From positions 1-56,156 of the forward strand of contig JAQGDQ010002419.1 in assembly GCA_030141605.1 (NCBI GenBank): a DNA stretch of 56,156 nt, read 5' to 3'. Source of the stretch: Tubiluchus corallicola. Taxonomy: Eukaryota > Animalia > Priapulida. Under the pieces are notes generated by a model. That model did no database searches. It saw nothing but the letters and a program-made list of their open reading frames with translations, and was not told the origin of the DNA. A program made the position numbers and the translations under genes. Below, one piece after another: positions 51,301-56,156 of the stretch. The stretch's first letter is position 1. Each line of letters starts with the position of its first letter.

Positions 51301-52906
51301 CCATAGGCGGATTACTCACCTGTGCAAACAACTGTTTAAAATAGTGAGATAGATGTTGGCTTTGCTTTGAAAGTATTGCTAATGGGGTGTCTATCCCCAT
51401 TGCGCCTAATGGCTCTTGCGGGTTTTGAAACATCTGTGCAAGTATGAGTCGCATATCTTCCGATGTATAGCCAAATATATGTTGTTTGGTAAGTATTCCA
51501 TCTACTGAAAACTGATAGTGCTTTTGAGGCCTATCAGGCAAATCTTCTATAGTGATAGCATTCTCTTTTAGCCATTTACCATAAGGCTGCTTTTCTGCTA
51601 TTTCTCTTTTTAATTCTTCATCTTCTATTATCTTGCCTTTTTCAAGATCGGCTACAAATATACGCCCCGGCTGTAATCTATTTTTCAGTCTTATTTTTGA
51701 TTGGTCAAGAGGTAATGCTCCTTCCTCTGAACTCATCACAATAATATCGTCTTCAGTAACCGTATATCGTGAAGGGCGTAAACCATTCCTGTCCAATATT
51801 GCTCCCACAACCTTACCATCGGTAAAACAAATTGAAGCAGGGCCATCCCAAGGCTCTAATAAGTTAGAATGATATTGATAAAATGTTTTTTTATATTCTG
51901 GCATTTGTGTGTTATCCTCCCAAGCTTCTGGTATAAGCATCATCATCACGTGAGGAAGCGACCGTCCACTAAGATGCAGCATTTCTACTGCTTTATCAAA
52001 GTTGGATGAATCTGACTGTGTCTCATCACAAATAGGTAATAACAGCTTAATTTCTTCATCAGTAAAATTAGCTGACTTAAATAATGTTTCATAAGACTTC
52101 ATCCAGTTTACATTGCCTCGTATAGTGTTTATCTCGCCATTATGTGCGAGGTATCTAAAAGGTTGTGCCAGTTTCCATCTAGGAAATGTATTGGTCGAAA
52201 ATCTTGAATGTACTAATGCAAGAGCTGTTTCTATGCGAGTATCTTCAAGGTCAGGAAAATAACTTTTTACTTGATAAGTGGTAAGCTGCCCCTTGTAGAC
52301 AATAGTTTTGTGAGATAATGTAGGGATGTAAAAATCGTCCTTACTTACTTCGTATCTTTTCCTTATGGTAATAGTAATATGCTTTCTAAGCACAAATAGT
52401 CTTCGTTCTAAAACTTCGGGAGTGATTTTTTGTTTAGCTTTCACAAAAATTTGTTCTACTATGGGTTCTTGGCTTTTAGCTGTATCTCCAATACCTTCAT
52501 TAACAACAGGTACTGCCCTGTATCCCAGAAGTTCGAAATTTAGTTTAGAAAGTATTTCTTTGATAGTATTTTTACAGTATTCTTTAAGGTTTTTATCGTT
52601 GGGAAAAAATATCATCCCAACTCCATACTCTCCAAACTTTGGCAATAAAACACCTAACTTCTCACACTCTTGTTGGAAAAATTTATGGGGTATCTGTATT
52701 AGTATTCCTGCTCCATCACCTGTATTAATTTCTGCTCCCGTAGCTCCACGATGTTCCATATTTTCAAGCATTGTAAGAGCGTTTTCTACAATGGTATGAG
52801 AACGCTTGCCTTTGAGGTGAGCCACAAAGCCAATACCACAAGCATCGTGTTCCAACTGTGGGGAGTATAATCCTTTATTTTTCAAGAGCGAACTATCTTC
52901 TTTCAT
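48386..52906 (-). CDS. gltB: Glutamate synthase large subunit
   Basis: HDACGIGF, HSRFSTNT, AHNGEINT, GAMSFGS, QGAKPGEGGQLPG, SPPPHHDIYSIEDL. Confidence 0.98.
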   Translation of the reverse strand: MKEDSSLLKNKGLYSPQLEHDACGIGFVAHLKGKRSHTIVENALTMLENMEHRGATGAEINTGDGAGILIQIPHKFFQQECEKLGVLLPKFGEYGVGMIFFPNDKNLKEYCKNTIKEILSKLNFELLGYRAVPVVNEGIGDTAKSQEPIVEQIFVKAKQKITPEVLERRLFVLRKHITITIRKRYEVSKDDFYIPTLSHKTIVYKGQLTTYQVKSYFPDLEDTRIETALALVHSRFSTNTFPRWKLAQPFRYLAHNGEINTIRGNVNWMKSYETLFKSANFTDEEIKLLLPICDETQSDSSNFDKAVEMLHLSGRSLPHVMMMLIPEAWEDNTQMPEYKKTFYQYHSNLLEPWDGPASICFTDGKVVGAILDRNGLRPSRYTVTEDDIIVMSSEEGALPLDQSKIRLKNRLQPGRIFVADLEKGKIIEDEELKREIAEKQPYGKWLKENAITIEDLPDRPQKHYQFSVDGILTKQHIFGYTSEDMRLILAQMFQNPQEPLGAMGIDTPLAILSKQSQHLSHYFKQLFAQVSNPPMDPIRERPVMSLHTAIGTTYNILEETPLHCKQITFKQPIITNRQLEKMRNIQDSYFRSHTINITFKADGKKGRLEQAIDRITDEAEEAVLKGCNILIVSDNQFSTENAPIPSLLATGAIHQHLIKTGLRVRTGIAVQAGDVYETHHFATLIGYGANVVNPYLAFDSFKLLKEKKYINTNIDEKQGIENYIAAIGKGLLKIFSKMGISTLQSYHGAQIFEALGLNKKVIDKCFTSTVSRIEGLGFDDIAEETLAKHKLAFLKGNKRAYKLPEGGIYRWRRKGDIHILNPTTIELLQHATKMGDYEVYKKFAQEINEQTEKLYTIRGTLDFKEQTSIHIDEVEPAENILKRFATGAMSFGSISYEAHSTLAIAMNRIGAKSNSGEGGEDEDRFERKANGDWERSAIKQVASGRFGVTSNYLTNADELQIKIAQGAKPGEGGQLPGHKVDEWIARVRNSTPGVGLISPPPHHDIYSIEDLAQLIFDLKNANRKARINVKLVSEAGVGTIAAGVAKAHADVVLVSGHDGGTGASPLSSIRHTGLPWELGVAESHQTLVMNNLRSRVVLQTDGQLRTGRDIAIATLLGAEEWGVATSALVTMGCIMLRKCHLNTCSVGIATQNSKLRQLFTGKPEYVVNYFQFITQELREIMAQLGYRTINEMVGQVDVLKKKDNIDHWKIKNIDYSPILHKGPRQSGVYKQIEQDHNIDKVLDRQLIEVAQSSISNQKRTVAKFPIKNTDRAVGAMLSNEISKKYGSQGLAEDTVHFKFKGVAGQSFGAFSAKGLCLELEGAANDYFGKGQSGAKLVVYPDRKAKFEHHKNAIIGNVAFYGATSGEAYICGLGGERFAVRNSGVKVVVEGVGDHGCEYMTGGVVVILGSIGRNFAAGMSGGIAYVYDKKNILKDNCNMELVDLEESVEEDIETLKALITKHHSYTDSKIAKKILDNWKEEIAKFIKVIPRDYKRALAELKKKGKVA

Positions 52907-53011
52907 ATTTTATCCTTTGCTTTTTTCCTTTGATATTTTGATGTGTATATTTTGCATTACCTATTTGCGGACAAATAACAGAAATAAGAAGAACCCTATT
53001 TCGTGTTTCTG

Positions 53012-53019
53012 CAAAGATA
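53012..53019 (-). promoter_or_regulatory. Putative -7 promoter element of gltB
   Basis: TATCTTTG on the minus strand ~105 nt upstream of the start; no clear -33 box. Confidence 0.45.
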
Positions 53020-53123
53020 ATAATAATATATTAAATGAAAATAAACAGAAGATGTAAACCTGTAAGCCCTTGTTTTACTCTTATTAGAAACAAAATAATA
53101 GCTTAGCTTCTTAAACGCAACAA

Positions 53124-53387
53124 CTATTTGCTATTTCTCGCCCTTTGTATCCTCTCTCCCAGCTTTTGCCCTACGGCATAAAAAAATATTTCTATCAACA
53201 ATATAGATATAGTTAATCTTATATCAAATATATACCGTGTAAAAACAATAACAGGAACAGCTAAATGCACAGCTATAAACCATTGAAATGAAAACTTCTT
53301 CACCTTACTCCTCCAATATCCAGTGGGAATATTGAAAAGTAAAGTAATAAGCATTAATATAACAATATGTAATGTTTCATTTTCCAT
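53124..53387 (-). CDS. Small conserved membrane protein
   Basis: 87 aa, hydrophobic; NIPTGYWR..KFSFQWFIAVHLAVP motif. Confidence 0.75.
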   Translation of the reverse strand: MENETLHIVILMLITLLFNIPTGYWRSKVKKFSFQWFIAVHLAVPVIVFTRYIFDIRLTISILLIEIFFYAVGQKLGERIQRARNSK

Positions 53388-53446
53388 TTTATATATCGTG
53401 TTAGAAAATTTTAGAATCTTAATGTCATAATATTATCATTCTTTCT

Positions 53447-54184
53447 TTATAGGTTTTCGAAACAGGTTTTACTTTCTATATTCTCTTCTGCAATAAAATT
53501 TTGTCCTGCATATCTTAAAAACAATTGTACTGTTGCAACTACATCTTTTTCGCAATATTGAGCTATTCTTTTCAAGTTTTTATCTTCCCAATAAACCTTA
53601 GCTACCTCACTCCCCTCCATATCATCTTTGGGCGAAGGTATGTTAAATACCTCTGTGAGGAGTTCAAGAGAAGTATAATGTTTATAATCGCCAAACTTCC
53701 ACAGTTCCATTGTGTCCAAAAATTTCACTTCCCAAGGTTTTTTGCCTGCTATGTTAAGTATCTTTGGCAATGGTAACCCATTAATAAGAAGCCTGCGAGC
53801 TATATAAGGAAAATCAAACTCCTTTCCATTATGAGCACACAAATTGGCATAAGGTTTTTGAGCGTGATCATTCAATATTTTTGAAACACCTTTTAGAATT
53901 TCTACTTCGTCCTCCGAAACAAGAGACCTCAAAGTTAGCTTTTTTATATCCTTTTCCATCCTTATCATTCCTACAGAGACACATACTATTTTTCCAAATT
54001 CGGAATAAATTCCTGCCCTTTCATAAACATTTTCTCCTGTTTCTTCTTCTTTTCTGAAAAAATTGGATTTCTTGTCCCATAATTTTTGCATCCTCTTAGA
54101 AAGGTTTAAATAATTAAACTCTGCGGGGACTGTTTCTATATCTAAGAATAATATCTTGTCTAAATATTTGATGTTTAAAATCAT
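53447..54184 (-). CDS. PolB-like 3'-5' exonuclease
   Basis: FLDIET, AHNGKEFDFP, YCEKDV (DEDDy motifs). Confidence 0.92.
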   Translation of the reverse strand: MILNIKYLDKILFLDIETVPAEFNYLNLSKRMQKLWDKKSNFFRKEEETGENVYERAGIYSEFGKIVCVSVGMIRMEKDIKKLTLRSLVSEDEVEILKGVSKILNDHAQKPYANLCAHNGKEFDFPYIARRLLINGLPLPKILNIAGKKPWEVKFLDTMELWKFGDYKHYTSLELLTEVFNIPSPKDDMEGSEVAKVYWEDKNLKRIAQYCEKDVVATVQLFLRYAGQNFIAEENIESKTCFENL

Positions 54185-54269
54185 TTTTATTTACATTTTT
54201 TCTTTTTTTTAAGTAAATTGCAAATTAATTTAAATTATTAATAAAGTTAATAACTTTCTTTATTTTACT

Positions 54270-55950
54270 TTGAAAATGCATTTTACTACCATTAGAAACA
54301 TTTATTTGTCACTCATTGTTGTTATTGTCATTATTTTATCTGTTTCCTGTATTAAAGACTACTTTGACTTGGATAAACCTGTAAAATTTAGCATTACGCC
54401 CTCAGTGCTTTTGCCCATAACAAGGGACACTGTAAGCATTGAAGATTTAATAAAAATAAATGATGGCGAAATAGAAACTGATGAGTCAGGCAATTTAGTA
54501 GCCATATTCAAAGAAGAGAATGTTTTTTCTATTACAACAGAAGATCTAATTCCCGAATTCTCTGCTGAAAATATAGAAATACCTGCGGATAATAATATTT
54601 TTGCCCCTTACGACATAGTAATGATTATTCGTTTCCCAATAACATACACAGGGGATAAAACGGTGGATGAACTAAGCAAAATAGTTCTTAAAAAAGGAAC
54701 TATTTCCGTAACAGGCTTTAGTGGTTGGATGCCTCCTGATTTAGTTTCTATTACATTAGATGCAGCAAAACCTCCTTATGATTTTACACCTCCTGGTCAC
54801 TTTGAGGAGCCTCCCCCTCAAGATATAACGCCAGGAACAACTCTAATTCTAGAAAACAATCTAATAACAGTAACTGTAAGAATTATGTCAAATCAAGTGG
54901 GGGACGTTCTAGTAGATCCAATAACTTTCTCCTTAACTAATCTAGAATTTTCTTATCTAGAAGGAAAGTTCGGAGACTCCCCAATAGACATAAAAGAAGA
55001 AACGATAGAATTAGAAATATGATGACAATATATACATTGCCTCCCCTAAGATGGAAATAATCGTACGAAACTCTATAGGCATGCCCATAAAGATAAGTCT
55101 TGATATTGGAGGTCTTGATGCTAACAATAATGCTATCAATACAGAGATAAAACATATAGACGCTCCTCATATTCTTTCATATCCTTTTGAGGTTAATGAA
55201 GGCGTAAAAACAACAACTATCACTTATGAAAATGCTACAACTAACGGTGCTATGTCGGAATTCTTCAAAGAATCTCCCTCAAAAGCTGTATTTAAGGGAG
55301 TAGGTGAGCCTAATTATCCAGATGAATACCCTAACATTGCTCCTAACTTTTTGACTGATACAAGTGAAACAACAGGAGACCTAATTATAACACTCCCACT
55401 GCATATAGAGCTTGATTCTTTTCTCTTTTCAGATACTATAAACATGGGCGAAATTGATGATAAACATATAGATCTCGTAGTATCTGCACAACTGAATATA
55501 AGCACGGAAAATACACTTCCCATAGGAGGCACTATGAGCATTATAATGTTAGAAGAAGAGACAGAACAGCCAATAGACACTATTCAATCTAATGATAATA
55601 TAATACATCCTGCAGCAACAAACAGTGAAGGCTTTGTTACAGGGGCTTCTTTATCGTATCTCACATTTGTATTAGACAAAAAAAATATCAACAACTTAAC
55701 GAAAACAAAAAAATTAGTCTTCCAAATGCTCCTTCAAACACCACCGGAGAAACCTGTACATATCAAAGACAACCAAAGAATGATATTAAAAATATCAAAA
55801 CACAACCAAACCAAAAACAAAAAAAAACAAAAACAAATGCTCCTTCAAACACCACCGGAGAAACCTGTACATATCAAAGACAACCAAAGAATGATATTAA
55901 AAATATCTATAAACACAACTGCTTTTATTAACCAAAATAGCGATTTATAG
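54270..55950 (+). CDS. Hypothetical lipoprotein split by a frameshift at ~55020
   Basis: Lipobox SVSC. ORF 54270-55022 ends IELEI*, and the second frame reads DDNIYIASPKMEIIVRNSIGMP immediately after. Confidence 0.65.
55723..55907 (+). repeat. 74-bp direct repeat (55723-55796 / 55834-55907) around a 37-nt A/C-only spacer
   Basis: caaatgctccttcaaacacc...aaaaatatc occurs twice, in frame. Confidence 0.9.
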
Positions 55951-55956
55951 TCTTAG

Positions 55957-56156
55957 ATGAAGCATCATTATTTTAAATTTCTGACACTTATTACAACAGT
56001 TGTACTATCATTTTCTTGCACAATGTCCTTTAGTCAGCAAAATAATGCTATGTACTTTTTACACGAAATACCTCAGATAAATAAACTCAACCCTGCCTAC
56101 CAAACCAGTTTTAAAACCTATGTAGGTATTCCTGGTTTATCCTCTACTGATATTGC
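55957..56156 (+). CDS. Partial DUF5723-like outer-membrane protein
   Basis: MKHHYFKFLTLITTVVLSFSCTMSFSQQNNAMYFLHEIPQINKLNPAYQ..YVGIPGLS, open to the window end. Confidence 0.65.
   Translation, partial: MKHHYFKFLTLITTVVLSFSCTMSFSQQNNAMYFLHEIPQINKLNPAYQTSFKTYVGIPGLSSTDI

Noticed and set aside
52907-53123. Riboswitch or attenuator upstream of gltB
   Set aside because: Only a weak gaaata/tatttc stem; no recognisable conserved RNA motif.
3703-55580. The many 60-210 aa ORFs overlapping larger genes (e.g. 14607-15233, 52365-52799)
   Set aside because: They are antisense or alternate-frame shadows of well-supported genes with no recognisable motifs.
1-56156. tRNA, rRNA, IS or transposase genes
   Set aside because: None recognised; intergenic gaps are short and AT-rich.

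Overview
AT-rich chromosomal segment from a Bacteroidota bacterium (SusC/SusD pairs, T9SS sorting domains, porZ, TAnnTTTG promoters) with three blocks. (1) 1-13,030, minus strand: a four-gene Rhs polymorphic-toxin operon followed by an immunity array. The operon encodes a cohesin-like protein with a T9SS C-terminal domain, a YD-repeat shell protein, a signal-peptide-bearing tail-fibre-like protein, and a DUF6443-type Rhs core with an inserted dockerin-like domain and a His/Cys toxin tip. Downstream lie four ~640-bp tandem mosaic copies of the putative immunity gene, a decayed orphan toxin tip and a further orphan immunity-like gene. The best candidate for an undescribed system is this operon, read as a cohesin-dockerin-tethered, fibre-bearing Rhs toxin exported via T9SS. 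(2) 13,283-43,900, plus strand: a 30-kb LacI-regulated polysaccharide utilisation locus for a uronate-rich, probably acetylated and non-sulfated glycan. It has 2x SusC/D, two uncharacterised beta-helix paralogues, a GH50-like enzyme, an esterase, GH88, 2x alginate-lyase/PL38-like, 2x GH2 and uxuB/uxuA, with four visible LacI-type operators. (3) 43,937-56,156: housekeeping genes (porZ, rdgB, gltD/gltB, 3'-5' exonuclease, a split lipoprotein, a partial DUF5723-like gene). Several small frameshifts and one A/C-only duplication may be assembly errors. All family calls come from motif recognition by eye; no database searches were run.
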